Shown here: positions 8,004 to 16,204 of the stretch, piece by piece
Layout: each line of letters opens with the position of its first letter
Position numbering within the stretch: the stretch's first letter is position 1
IMG/VR virus record: IMGVR_UViG_3300009160_000004
Span: 1 to 60,251 of that record
DNA: 60,251 bases
From: a virus
Taxonomy: Duplodnaviria; Caudoviricetes
Strand: one strand, 5' to 3'
The notes under the pieces: generated by a model
The model's input: only the letters and a program-made list of their open reading frames with translations
The model's database searches: none
Told to the model about the DNA's origin: nothing
Program-made: the position numbers and the translations under genes

Positions 8004-8067
8004 AAAAAAATTCCATCGGCGGCGAATTTTTTTCCGGCCATCTGTTATCTATATGGCGTGAACGTCA
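8004..8067 (+). promoter_or_regulatory. Duplicated early promoter/operator, copy 1
   Basis: A-tract/T-tract palindrome plus CATCTGTTATCTATATGGCGTGAACGTCA. Confidence 0.6.
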
Positions 8068-8195
8068 TACGATCCAATGTAAGACGTTCACGCACGCGAT
8101 TTTTCGTCGCGTGACGTTCGCACGGGCGGTCAGTGTATGACCGTCCAACCATGCGAGCAACACTGGCGGTCGCCCTGGATATGCGGTCAGGCGTG

Positions 8196-8251
8196 AAAAA
8201 ATCTTTCCGGATTTTTTCGTGTCATCTGTTATATCTATGGCGTGACCGTCA
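8196..8251 (+). promoter_or_regulatory. Duplicated early promoter/operator, copy 2
   Basis: A-tract/T-tract palindrome plus CATCTGTTATATCTATGGCGTGACCGTCA. Confidence 0.6.
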
Positions 8252-8314
8252 AACGTCCCATGCCGAGGGGTAACGTATTACTTCCTGCGCATGCGGGCAG
8301 CCAATGGAGGTACG

Positions 8315-8521
8315 ATGTACTGTGACATCAACTTCCCGACGAAGAAGGCTCTGAAGGCGGCTGTTGCCAGTGGGCAGGCTGTGACGATCTTCTCGCCGGG
8401 GCCGTTTCCCGTGGATTGTTCTACGGGCAAGCATTGTGTGGAGGGGCCGCACTATCCCAAGCCTCACTCCTGGTACGCCAGTGTGGTTGTGGATGATGGG
8501 CGGATCGTGTCGGTGAAGTGA
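8315..8521 (+). CDS. Conserved phage hypothetical protein (first early gene)
   Basis: GGAGG SD; NFPTKKALK...EGPHYPKPHSWYA. Confidence 0.8.
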   Translation: MYCDINFPTKKALKAAVASGQAVTIFSPGPFPVDCSTGKHCVEGPHYPKPHSWYASVVVDDGRIVSVK

Positions 8522-8928
8522 CGGGATTCGAACCCGGGCAGTGGCAGCCCTTACGGGTTATTCCGTGCCGCTGCCCGGGTTCGGTTGCCGTTGGTATACT
8601 TATGTATACGGCGTCCGAAAGCGTTCACGGAAAACTATAGCTCTGGCCGGTTTCCTTCGCTGGGCAAGAGTCCGGCGTGGAGTGATCACCCACAGCCCAG
8701 CGAACTGCCGCGTGGCATCCCGTCGAACAACGGGCAGCCGGTACGGCTAGAACGTATCCGTGAACGCCTTCGGTTGCCGTTTCTACGGTGTCCGAATAGC
8801 CCCCTCTGGGCAAAACGCATTCGACGGAGTGCGTAGTCAACGCGAGGAGAGCCGCCACCGCCCGTGCTAGCCGGCTTCTGTGGCCTGTAATCCAACCGTT
8901 CGCTCAGAGGGTGCTATTCGGCTGCCGT
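8521..8928 (+). ncRNA. Candidate array of three structured RNA domains
   Basis: Each is closed by ACGGnRTYCGAA...TTCGGYTGCCGT, with long internal stems whose G-U pairs favour the + strand. Confidence 0.65.
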
Positions 8929-8956
8929 TCGGTAGCCATTCATGGAGGTGCGAGCA

Positions 8957-9847
8957 ATGGGTTATTCCGTTGCCCGTATCGTCCAGCCGGGCAAGAGCAA
9001 TACGAAGATCGCTCACGGTGAGCGCTTCGATGTCCGCTCCTGCACGGTTTCTCTTGCGGCCAGCGATTCCGCAGGGTTCAACGTCTGCCCCCGGGCTATG
9101 CCCCGGTCGCAGATCGACACCCTGCGTGCTGCTGGCAAGACCTGGGAGCAAGTCGCAGCGGTGGCTCACTCGCGTGGGCTGTCGATGTGCACTGCCTCCT
9201 GTGTCACCAACGAAGCAGGCAAGGGTGCTGCGGATTTCGTCCGCAACCCCCGCAAAAACCTGACTCGCTGGTATCAGGAGAATCGTGCAGAGTTCACCGC
9301 CCGTCTGCTGGACGAATTGCGGGCTGAGATTCGCAAGGCCAAGCCGGGCCAGATCGTGGCCTGCCGGCCGAATGTGGACAGCGATGTCCCGTGGGAACGG
9401 ACAGTTCCCGAGTTGTTCGATCTGCCCGTCCAGTACTGGGACTACACCAAGGTCTCAACGCGGCTGGGCAAGACTCCGGCGAACTACCACCTGACCTATT
9501 CGGTCAATGATGGCACGCAGCCGGAAGACTGGCAGCGAGTGTACGACAGCGGCGCAAACATTGCCGTGGTGTTCGACACTCACTGGCAGCCAGGTGGCCA
9601 TGAGAACGGCCGGAAATTCGGGCAGCTACCGACATGGTACACCGATCCCAATGGGTATCGGTGGCGCGTAGTCGATGGCGACAAGTCAGACTTCCGGTTC
9701 CTGGACGATGGGCCGGTGTGTGTGGGCCTGCGGCTGAAAGGGTTCTCCTTCGGTCGGTGGATGGCCCGTATGTCTGGATTCGCACAGCGTGTGCCCCGTG
9801 CGTTGCGGGGTGTGTTTTCAACTGTGCATCCCTCCAGGGCAGCGTGA
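8957..9847 (+). CDS. GP88-family protein
   Basis: NVCP..., WDYTK, NYHLTYS, NIAVVF, DGDKSDFRFLD and VGLRLKG motifs. Confidence 0.8.
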   Translation: MGYSVARIVQPGKSNTKIAHGERFDVRSCTVSLAASDSAGFNVCPRAMPRSQIDTLRAAGKTWEQVAAVAHSRGLSMCTASCVTNEAGKGAADFVRNPRKNLTRWYQENRAEFTARLLDELRAEIRKAKPGQIVACRPNVDSDVPWERTVPELFDLPVQYWDYTKVSTRLGKTPANYHLTYSVNDGTQPEDWQRVYDSGANIAVVFDTHWQPGGHENGRKFGQLPTWYTDPNGYRWRVVDGDKSDFRFLDDGPVCVGLRLKGFSFGRWMARMSGFAQRVPRALRGVFSTVHPSRAA

Positions 9848-9855
9848 GGTGTGCG

Positions 9856-10074
9856 ATGAATGAGTTGATCTTTCAGAACGGATGCTATCGCGTGGAGCTA
9901 CTGGTGCGCACTAACGGCACCATCTCCATCGGAACCATGTGCGATGTCGCTCGCGGGCCGCTGGGGCACTACGTCGCGGTGACTCCGGAGCAGGCGGTCA
10001 GTCTGGTTCGGCATCTGTGCGATCACGTTCCGGGTGTGGCGGAAACGGTCCTTGGAAAACTTACGGAGTTGTGA
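9856..10074 (+). CDS. Hypothetical early protein
   Basis: GAGGTG SD, MNELIFQ... Confidence 0.65.
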   Translation: MNELIFQNGCYRVELLVRTNGTISIGTMCDVARGPLGHYVAVTPEQAVSLVRHLCDHVPGVAETVLGKLTEL

Positions 10075-10075
10075 C

Positions 10076-10249
10076 ATGCAGAAAGAAACGACGCTAGTTC
10101 TACGGATCACTTGGGAATCCAACGAGGTAGATCGACCCGGTCGGTGGGATTGGCACACGCTGATCGATGTCGAACGCGGGCATGTGGAGATCGTCGCGGA
10201 CAGCGACGACAAGTATCAGATCGACATCCTGACTGAAAACAAACTGTGA
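10076..10249 (+). CDS. Hypothetical early protein
   Basis: GGAG SD, MQKETTL... Confidence 0.65.
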   Translation: MQKETTLVLRITWESNEVDRPGRWDWHTLIDVERGHVEIVADSDDKYQIDILTENKL

Positions 10250-10257
10250 GGTGTGAC

Positions 10258-10536
10258 ATGGTGGCAATCACCAGCAAGTATCACGGGCCGACGAATACAC
10301 GCGGCTCATGTGTTCGGGCTACGGCCAACGGCCATATGGTCACAGTGCCATGGGCTAGCGAGCTAGACAGCGAAGCCAACCATCGGGAGGCGTGCAAGCG
10401 GCTCTGCGACAAGTTGGGCTGGGATGCGGATCGGTTCTTCGGTGGTGCGATGGACGATGGGAGATGGGCATGGGTGCCCGTCTTCCCGTACGAATGGGAG
10501 CAGCGACAAAAGGAGGAGACACATGCCAACAGTTGA
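10258..10536 (+). CDS. Conserved phage hypothetical protein
   Basis: AITSKYHGPTNTRGS motif; SD. Confidence 0.75.
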   Translation: MVAITSKYHGPTNTRGSCVRATANGHMVTVPWASELDSEANHREACKRLCDKLGWDADRFFGGAMDDGRWAWVPVFPYEWEQRQKEETHANS

Positions 10537-10945
10537 ACAGTCGGTACACATGACCACCGTATCCAAGGAGGTGGCGGAAGCGTACGCGGATTGCTGGGAC
10601 TATCACCCAAAAGTATCCGCACCATACATCGATGTCCCTGCCTGGGAGGCGATGGAACAGCGGCGAAATCTGGAGTTCTTCGCGTCCCGCTGGCTGCCCC
10701 GGGACGACGCCCAGTGGATCATGGAACAGTGGGTGAAGGGCTACAACAACTTTGCCCCGAGCGTGATCGGCATGTTTCCCGAGGCGGCGCTGCTTCGCAT
10801 AGCCCGAGAGGGCAGCCCCTGCCTGTATGTGAAGTTGCCATATGGGTGCAAGGCGAAACTTCCGACTGCCAAGCGGGTGCTGGCGGATGAGCGAGACGAG
10901 GTGTTCCTGCAATCGTCTCGGTGTGTTCGGTACTGGTGGGACTAA
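10523..10945 (+). CDS. Hypothetical early protein
   Basis: AGGAGG SD; AREGSPCLYV...RYWWD. Confidence 0.75.
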   Translation: MPTVEQSVHMTTVSKEVAEAYADCWDYHPKVSAPYIDVPAWEAMEQRRNLEFFASRWLPRDDAQWIMEQWVKGYNNFAPSVIGMFPEAALLRIAREGSPCLYVKLPYGCKAKLPTAKRVLADERDEVFLQSSRCVRYWWD

Positions 10946-10956
10946 GGAGGTGCGGA

Positions 10957-11103
10957 ATGCAATGCCCCGTCTGTGATTGTTGCGAGGTGTCGTTTGCCGG
11001 TGTTCTCGGTGACGTAGGTCATGCGAGATGCCGGGATTGTGGGATTGTTTACACGTTTACACCGGAGGAATGCGATGCAACCGTGGATTGCGAAACGACT
11101 TAG
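10957..11103 (+). CDS. Small zinc-ribbon protein
   Basis: CPVC...CRDCG; TAAGGAGG SD. Confidence 0.7.
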   Translation: MQCPVCDCCEVSFAGVLGDVGHARCRDCGIVYTFTPEECDATVDCETT

Positions 11104-11320
11104 CGAGGCCAGCCACCAACTGGAACTAGAGGATGACTACAGCGGGCGCGGGATGATGGGCTCCGGAACCAGCGCCGTCGTTGGTCCTCTCGGCTCGTTC
11201 GTTTTTGCTGTAGCCCAGGTTGCGCTTGGATTGGAGTACGAAAGCGAGCAGGGCGAATTCAATGTCGCCCTCTTGTCCCTCCGTACCGACAGCATGGGCA
11301 AGGAGACGGTTTTCTACTAG
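11075..11320 (+). CDS. Conserved phage hypothetical protein
   Basis: YSGRGM.G...DSMG..VFY motif. Confidence 0.75.
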   Translation: MQPWIAKRLSEASHQLELEDDYSGRGMMGSGTSAVVGPLGSFVFAVAQVALGLEYESEQGEFNVALLSLRTDSMGKETVFY

Positions 11321-11338
11321 GCCACAAGGAGGTGTGCT

Positions 11339-11467
11339 ATGTGGGCAGTACGGACACGGAAGAGGATTGTGGCGACGTTTGATGAGCGATGGGAGGCGGA
11401 GGAATGGATGCGGACTTGGCGTTCGCTCCATGGACATAAGTGTTTCCTAGTGAGAACGGAGAATTGA
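11339..11467 (+). CDS. Small hypothetical protein, 42 aa
   Basis: AAGGAGG SD; MWAVRTRKRIVATF... Confidence 0.6.
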   Translation: MWAVRTRKRIVATFDERWEAEEWMRTWRSLHGHKCFLVRTEN

Positions 11468-11468
11468 G

Positions 11469-11690
11469 ATGGCAAAAAAGCCTGTGACAAAGACTGATGC
11501 GGATCATGTGGTGATTGCTGTGCGGGTGCGTGGGCTGGATCGTACGGTGTCGCTGTTCGGGCCGTTGACTAAGGCCAAGGCGCATGTGTTTGCCACCCAC
11601 CACCAGCAATATGAGGGTGATGAGTGCTGCGTTGAGATGCTGATGACCCCGTGCGAACACAACCAGTGGATTTTTGAGGGTGTTTCCTGA
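11469..11690 (+). CDS. Hypothetical early protein
   Basis: GGAG SD; tiles with neighbours. Confidence 0.7.
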   Translation: MAKKPVTKTDADHVVIAVRVRGLDRTVSLFGPLTKAKAHVFATHHQQYEGDECCVEMLMTPCEHNQWIFEGVS

Positions 11691-11703
11691 AAGGAGAATT
11701 GAG

Positions 11704-11925
11704 ATGCCCAGACTGACTGACAGCAACAGCGGGCCGGTTGATTTCTGCCGCGATTGCTTCCCCTGCGAGGGCGATGCGGCGGAGCGGTATCAGTTTGCGG
11801 TGCAACCCAACGCGAACGATGGCCGTGGCGATTGCTTTGAGTACGAGTGTGATCACCCCGACTACGAGTGCGATGATTACACATGCCACATGTGTGGCTG
11901 TGAACTTACCCGGAGGGACAACTGA
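11704..11925 (+). CDS. Cys-rich acidic (zinc-binding) protein
   Basis: CRDC...CHMCG; AAGGAG SD. Confidence 0.7.
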   Translation: MPRLTDSNSGPVDFCRDCFPCEGDAAERYQFAVQPNANDGRGDCFEYECDHPDYECDDYTCHMCGCELTRRDN

Positions 11926-12146
11926 TGAGCTTTCGACCGATGGTGAAGGTGGGCAATGAGTGGGCTGGCAATGGCATTCGGTTTGCCACCCGTGAAGAGG
12001 CTGCGTCTTCCGCCCGTGATCTGTACGGACGGTGGACGCTGTGTGTGGATCACCGGGCAGATGAGTCCGATGATCCGGTAAACTATGCGTGGGATCCGTC
12101 CCGTGGCAATGTGCGATTGGAGGTGGTCAATGCCAAAGGCTCGTAG
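11925..12146 (+). CDS. Conserved phage hypothetical protein
   Basis: W.GN.IRFATREEA motif; TGATG coupling. Confidence 0.75.
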   Translation: MSFRPMVKVGNEWAGNGIRFATREEAASSARDLYGRWTLCVDHRADESDDPVNYAWDPSRGNVRLEVVNAKGS

Positions 12147-12324
12147 AAAGCGTGTGCGGATTGAACTGACAGGCGAGCAGGCCGATGAGCTTGTGGAAAC
12201 TCTGCAAGGGAGGATCGACGACTTGGATGATGTCATCCGGCAGGAAAGCCCAGACGATGCGGCGGACTGGAAGCACATTCAGTCCGTCCTGTCCGACATC
12301 CTTCACCTACTGGAGATTGCGTGA
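12130..12324 (+). CDS. Hypothetical early protein
   Basis: GGAGG SD; ends LEIA. Confidence 0.7.
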   Translation: MPKARRKRVRIELTGEQADELVETLQGRIDDLDDVIRQESPDDAADWKHIQSVLSDILHLLEIA

Positions 12325-12542
12325 TGCCAACCAATGCAGAGCGTGCGGCGTGGGCATTGGAAGCCTGCGAGACATTTGCAGATGCCACCGGACTGAGCGT
12401 AGAAGACGAGTTGCCGACAGTGATCGGTGACCTCATCGCCAACCTCCTACACTTGGCTGACCAGGGGGGGATGTGCGCCGAGTCGATGCTGGGCACAGCC
12501 CGCATGCACTTTGAGGCAGAACTAGAAGAGGAGATTGCGTGA
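12324..12542 (+). CDS. Conserved phage hypothetical protein
   Basis: NAERAAWA...DLIANLLHLAD; ends EEIA. Confidence 0.75.
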   Translation: MPTNAERAAWALEACETFADATGLSVEDELPTVIGDLIANLLHLADQGGMCAESMLGTARMHFEAELEEEIA

Positions 12543-12715
12543 TGAAAACGATGCGTGATCTGCGGGAATGGGTCAACGAGCGAGATGATCGCGGGTATCT
12601 CCTGCCCGATGAGTTCGTAGTGGGCGTGACCTATACTGCGATCTATGCTCGCAGGCGCGACTGCTTAGTGGGTTGGTCTGGTTTTGAAACAACTAGCGAC
12701 GAGGAGGATGAGTGA
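12542..12715 (+). CDS. Hypothetical protein, 57 aa
   Basis: Read manually; TGATG-coupled at both ends. Confidence 0.7.
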   Translation: MKTMRDLREWVNERDDRGYLLPDEFVVGVTYTAIYARRRDCLVGWSGFETTSDEEDE

Positions 12716-12954
12716 TGCCAAAGGTTGAGACAACTGAGACTCACAAGCCGGGCAAGGCCACGCTCTACCGCGTTTGCGTGTGCCGGTACGAGGACGGCGG
12801 GAGGCAGGTGACGATGCAGCGTGAGTTCAGCGGACTGCGCAACAAGAAGAAGGCCGACGAGTACGCCGCTTGGCTTGCGCATCTGGTGATGATTGAGTCT
12901 GCAACTAAAGCCCAACGCGGGCGAGTCTATGACGCCAGAACGGCGCGCAAGTAA
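12715..12954 (+). CDS. Hypothetical early protein
   Basis: Coupled ORF with SD. Confidence 0.7.
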   Translation: MPKVETTETHKPGKATLYRVCVCRYEDGGRQVTMQREFSGLRNKKKADEYAAWLAHLVMIESATKAQRGRVYDARTARK

Positions 12955-13097
12955 TGGGCATCAGTGCCGATTGCCATTGCCGAAAGTGCGGCGTTGAACT
13001 GAGTGTCGATGAGTACGGGAACGACGAGTGCGATGTCTGCGTTGCTGGCCGTGAGCCGTGGTGGTGCGAGGACTTTTACTGCGAGGAGGATGAGTGA
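12954..13097 (+). CDS. Small zinc-finger protein, 47 aa
   Basis: CRKCG...CDVC; coupled at both ends. Confidence 0.65.
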   Translation: MGISADCHCRKCGVELSVDEYGNDECDVCVAGREPWWCEDFYCEEDE

Positions 13098-13432
13098 TGT
13101 TCTATTGGGACGAGGATCGTTACCCCATTGGCGGAGGCGAGCAGCCTACCCGGTGGGGAGTTGTAATGCTGGATGACACGTATCATCTGGAGCCCGTGTA
13201 CAAGCTGGCTATCTATGAGATGCGTGAGATTCCTGGCGTTGGCAAGAAGCCGGTTGTCATGCTCGTTTGCCGTGGGTTCTGCGAGTCTGGCATCACGCCT
13301 GACGCTGCCGTTGAACGGGCGCGGCAGTACCGGCGGGAGGAGTTCTTCGCAGACGGCGGCGTGGAGTTTCGATGGGTTGGTGTGCTGCGTTGGTCGAATC
13401 CGAATCGGCCCGTGAAGAAAGGGGGGGAGTGA
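13097..13432 (+). CDS. Hypothetical early protein
   Basis: Coupled ORF with SD. Confidence 0.7.
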   Translation: MFYWDEDRYPIGGGEQPTRWGVVMLDDTYHLEPVYKLAIYEMREIPGVGKKPVVMLVCRGFCESGITPDAAVERARQYRREEFFADGGVEFRWVGVLRWSNPNRPVKKGGE

Positions 13433-13635
13433 TGCGGACTCAGAAGGTTGGAGCCTTGGAGGTGGGCGACAAGATTCGATTCAACGAAGAGGACTATGTG
13501 GTTTCGGGCGTGGACTGGCTGGCTCGCCATGACTGCGCCGTCTACGTTTGCAACGAACAGGCCACCGACTGGAGGCTTCCGCTGCAAGCCGGAGACAAGG
13601 TGGAAGTTATCAGTTATGGCAAGGAGCGTGCGTGA
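13432..13635 (+). CDS. Small beta-barrel-like hypothetical protein
   Basis: ALEVGDKI...GDKVEV; coupled. Confidence 0.7.
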   Translation: MRTQKVGALEVGDKIRFNEEDYVVSGVDWLARHDCAVYVCNEQATDWRLPLQAGDKVEVISYGKERA

Positions 13636-13862
13636 TGAAGACATACACCGTAACGCTCTCCGGTCTGGAGCGTGAGGACGGCGAGAAGCCATACGACTAC
13701 GTTGTCCTGGCCTATCACGCATCCCAAGCCGTGGAGCAAGCGATGGATGCCCACATGCAAGGCCGCTGCCTGCAAGACGAGGAACACATCTGGGTGGAGC
13801 GATGCCGCCCAGGGTTGCATGAGAATGGATTCTTCAATGACCTGAGAACGGAGATTGCGTGA
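13635..13862 (+). CDS. Hypothetical early protein
   Basis: MKTYTVTL...; ends TEIA. Confidence 0.7.
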   Translation: MKTYTVTLSGLEREDGEKPYDYVVLAYHASQAVEQAMDAHMQGRCLQDEEHIWVERCRPGLHENGFFNDLRTEIA

Positions 13863-14113
13863 TGACATTTGAAGACTGGCGAGCGACACGGCATCAGGCC
13901 ACGCAAGGTCTGGAGCATGACATTCTGGAAGACCACTTCGGCTATGTGCCAGACAACGTGCAGTCGGTGTGGGTCTATGAGGTGGGCGTGCTGGCCGGGC
14001 TGAATGACGGCCAGTACTACACGCACATCGGACGGTCGGAATACACGGGCACGCTAGACGATATTGAGCGTCGGCTGTGGGAAGATCACGCGAAACAGGG
14101 GGTGGGGGAATGA
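13862..14113 (+). CDS. Hypothetical early protein
   Basis: Coupled ORF. Confidence 0.7.
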   Translation: MTFEDWRATRHQATQGLEHDILEDHFGYVPDNVQSVWVYEVGVLAGLNDGQYYTHIGRSEYTGTLDDIERRLWEDHAKQGVGE

Positions 14114-14799
14114 GGGTGCTGGACCTGTACTGCGGGGCAGGGATGGCGGCGGATGGGTACTACGATGCGGGGTTCGATGTGGTCGGCTGGGATGTGCGGT
14201 TCCAGCCCAACTACCCTTTCCAATTCCACATGGATAGCGCGTTGGATGTCCTAGAAAACCGCGAGTATCTGCGGGAGTTTGATCTGATTCACGCATCCCC
14301 TCCCTGCCAAGCACACACGCGGGCCAAGCATCTGCGGGATGCGCAAGGCGGTAAGTGCAAGTACGGCGATCTGCTTACCCCCACCCTGGAACTGCTGCGA
14401 GATTGCGGTGTGCCGTGGGTAGTTGAGAATGTGGTTGGCGCACCAGGGATGGATGGTGCAGTGGTCGAATGCGGTTCTGCGTACGGCCTGAAGGTTCGCA
14501 GGCACCGTCTGTTCCTGGCGTCTTTCCCGTTAGTTGGCCCTGGTTGCAAGCACAAAGAGCAGGGCAAGCCCATCGGCGTGTACCACGTTATGGGCGACAC
14601 ATGCAAGGGTGTGTGCAAGAAGACTGGCAAGCTGGTGATCGGAGGATCAACAGCCAAGACCGTGGAGGAGGGGCGCGCCGCGATGGGCGTGACCCGCAAG
14701 ATCTCATGGAACGAACTGAAGGAGGGCTTCCCGCCTGCGTACACTCGCCACGTTGGCGAGCAGGCGATGGCCTATCTGTTGCAGAAGGAGGTAGCGTGA
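14110..14799 (+). CDS. DNA cytosine-5 methyltransferase (short phage type)
   Basis: Motif I LDLYCGAG, IV SPPCQ, VI ENV, VIII RRHRLF, X-like GFPPAY. Confidence 0.88.
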   Translation: MRVLDLYCGAGMAADGYYDAGFDVVGWDVRFQPNYPFQFHMDSALDVLENREYLREFDLIHASPPCQAHTRAKHLRDAQGGKCKYGDLLTPTLELLRDCGVPWVVENVVGAPGMDGAVVECGSAYGLKVRRHRLFLASFPLVGPGCKHKEQGKPIGVYHVMGDTCKGVCKKTGKLVIGGSTAKTVEEGRAAMGVTRKISWNELKEGFPPAYTRHVGEQAMAYLLQKEVA

Positions 14800-15104
14800 T
14801 GGCACATACACCTGGACCGTGGACGATTGAGTATGAGACAGAGGGAGGCGAGCCCTATGACGATGGGGTGCGGATCGACTCTCTGGAGGGGCCGGTTGCA
14901 TTCAACGTCATCGACTGTTCGGCACACCTCATCGCCGCTGCACCGGAGTTGCTGGATGCACTGAAGCGGTGCGTTCAGTGGCTTTCTGATTTGGATAACG
15001 ACATCTGCGAGAAGGCAGAGTTGCTGAACGCAATGGACGCAATCGCCAAGGCGGAGGGAGTAACCATGGAGGGAACGAATGGCAAGGAGCGATCATTGGA
15101 CTGA
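14799..15104 (+). CDS. Conserved phage hypothetical protein
   Basis: HTPGPW...LIAAAPELL family motif. Confidence 0.8.
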   Translation: MAHTPGPWTIEYETEGGEPYDDGVRIDSLEGPVAFNVIDCSAHLIAAAPELLDALKRCVQWLSDLDNDICEKAELLNAMDAIAKAEGVTMEGTNGKERSLD

Positions 15105-15216
15105 CGATCTGGTAGACAAGGCCATCCGCCTGCTTGTGCTGGCGGAGGCTGCTGTGAAGGACGCCGAGCCTGACCTGTACCAACAGATCAGGCTTTTTCT
15201 TTTGGAGGAAGCATGA
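15079..15216 (+). CDS. Small hypothetical protein, 45 aa
   Basis: GGAGG SD; MARSDHWTDD...; ATGA overlap. Confidence 0.6.
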   Translation: MARSDHWTDDLVDKAIRLLVLAEAAVKDAEPDLYQQIRLFLLEEA

Positions 15217-15422
15217 TCCAGGAGTTCGACGGGACCACCGAGCAGTTCGCCCGCATCGTACGGGAGATGTTTCCAAACTGTCGGATATGCGAGGACGATG
15301 AGGGGCAGCTTGTCATCTACACCGGAGCCGCTATGCAAATGGGCGGTGAGGTTGTATCATGGTTGCCTGATGATGAGGATGTGTACCAATCTTGGTACGA
15401 TAGAAACCCGGAGGTGATGTGA
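15213..15422 (+). CDS. Hypothetical early protein
   Basis: EDDEGQLVIYTG; SD. Confidence 0.7.
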   Translation: MIQEFDGTTEQFARIVREMFPNCRICEDDEGQLVIYTGAAMQMGGEVVSWLPDDEDVYQSWYDRNPEVM

Positions 15423-15772
15423 TGAGTGAACGAACAAGCCTTGGACTGTCGGCCGATGCTGTTGTCGCGGTGCGAAAGCGGCGGCTGGGTACGCTGCCCT
15501 TTGCCTTGGCTTTGCGATGCTGCGATATCGGAGAAGCCCAAAGCAATATGGGCACCGTGTACCTGACAACGTGGGGTCTGAATCTTTCCGCCACCGATCA
15601 GGAGTGGTTCGTACGCGAGACGCAGTTCCACCCTATCTGGATGGGCGCCGATGACGGTAGCTGTGAATTGATACTCGGCACCACTCGCGGCGGAGGTGCC
15701 ATGATTGATTGGGTTATGGATGGGTTGCGGCTTGGAGAAAACCCTGCATGGGAGGAGATAATCGATGGCTAA
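15422..15772 (+). CDS. Hypothetical early protein
   Basis: Coupled ORF with SD. Confidence 0.65.
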   Translation: MSERTSLGLSADAVVAVRKRRLGTLPFALALRCCDIGEAQSNMGTVYLTTWGLNLSATDQEWFVRETQFHPIWMGADDGSCELILGTTRGGGAMIDWVMDGLRLGENPAWEEIIDG

Positions 15773-16001
15773 GAAACGTGAAGGGAAAACCACCGCAGAG
15801 GCGTTCATTGCTGCCGTCATGCGGCATCGTGACGGGACGATCCAGAACATTGCCGATGAGCTGGGTGTCACCCAGCAGGCCGTGAGCAAGCGACTGCGGG
15901 AGTACAAGGAACGGGGGGTCACGGGGCTCCCCGTATTCAACGGCCGGGTGGTGGATGTGGATGACGTTCAGAAGATGGTCAATAAACACAGGGGGAAGTG
16001 A
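15765..16001 (+). CDS. Helix-turn-helix DNA-binding protein
   Basis: TIQNIADELGVTQQAVSKRL. Confidence 0.85.
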   Translation: MAKKREGKTTAEAFIAAVMRHRDGTIQNIADELGVTQQAVSKRLREYKERGVTGLPVFNGRVVDVDDVQKMVNKHRGK

Positions 16002-16204
16002 TGGCATTCGGAAAGCATCGTAAGATTTGCTTCGACTACGAGCCCGGGCATAAGTACCCGTACGTTTGTTCTGCGTGGTGCGAGGTGGGAGGAATGAATG
16101 TTGGGGATCGGTTCACGGAGGAGGTGGCCTTCATCCTGATTGAGTCATGCCGCGAGGACGGAATCACCGTGGAAGTGGAGGAGGTGAAGAGTGTCGCGCG
16201 ATAA
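16001..16204 (+). CDS. Hypothetical protein
   Basis: Coupled ORF. Confidence 0.65.
   Translation: MAFGKHRKICFDYEPGHKYPYVCSAWCEVGGMNVGDRFTEEVAFILIESCREDGITVEVEEVKSVAR

Noticed and set aside
8511-8540. Minus-strand CGGGTTCGAATCCCGTCAC resembling a tRNA T-arm or 3'-type attP
   Set aside because: No cloverleaf upstream, it is explained as the handle of array domain 1, and it is 22 kb from int. No complete tRNA gene was seen in the window
8640-8705. HDV/theta ribozyme-like words (GGCCGG...TCCTTCGCTGGGCAA)
   Set aside because: I could not build P2, P1.1 and J4/2 in the required order; a descriptor search would settle it
11431-11441. GGACATAAGT resembling the late promoter motif
   Set aside because: Lies inside a 42-aa early CDS and deviates from the consensus
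12312-13864. Repeated 15-mers as a CRISPR array or integron attC sites
   Set aside because: Too short, irregularly spaced, non-palindromic and overlapping coding ends; no cas or intI gene
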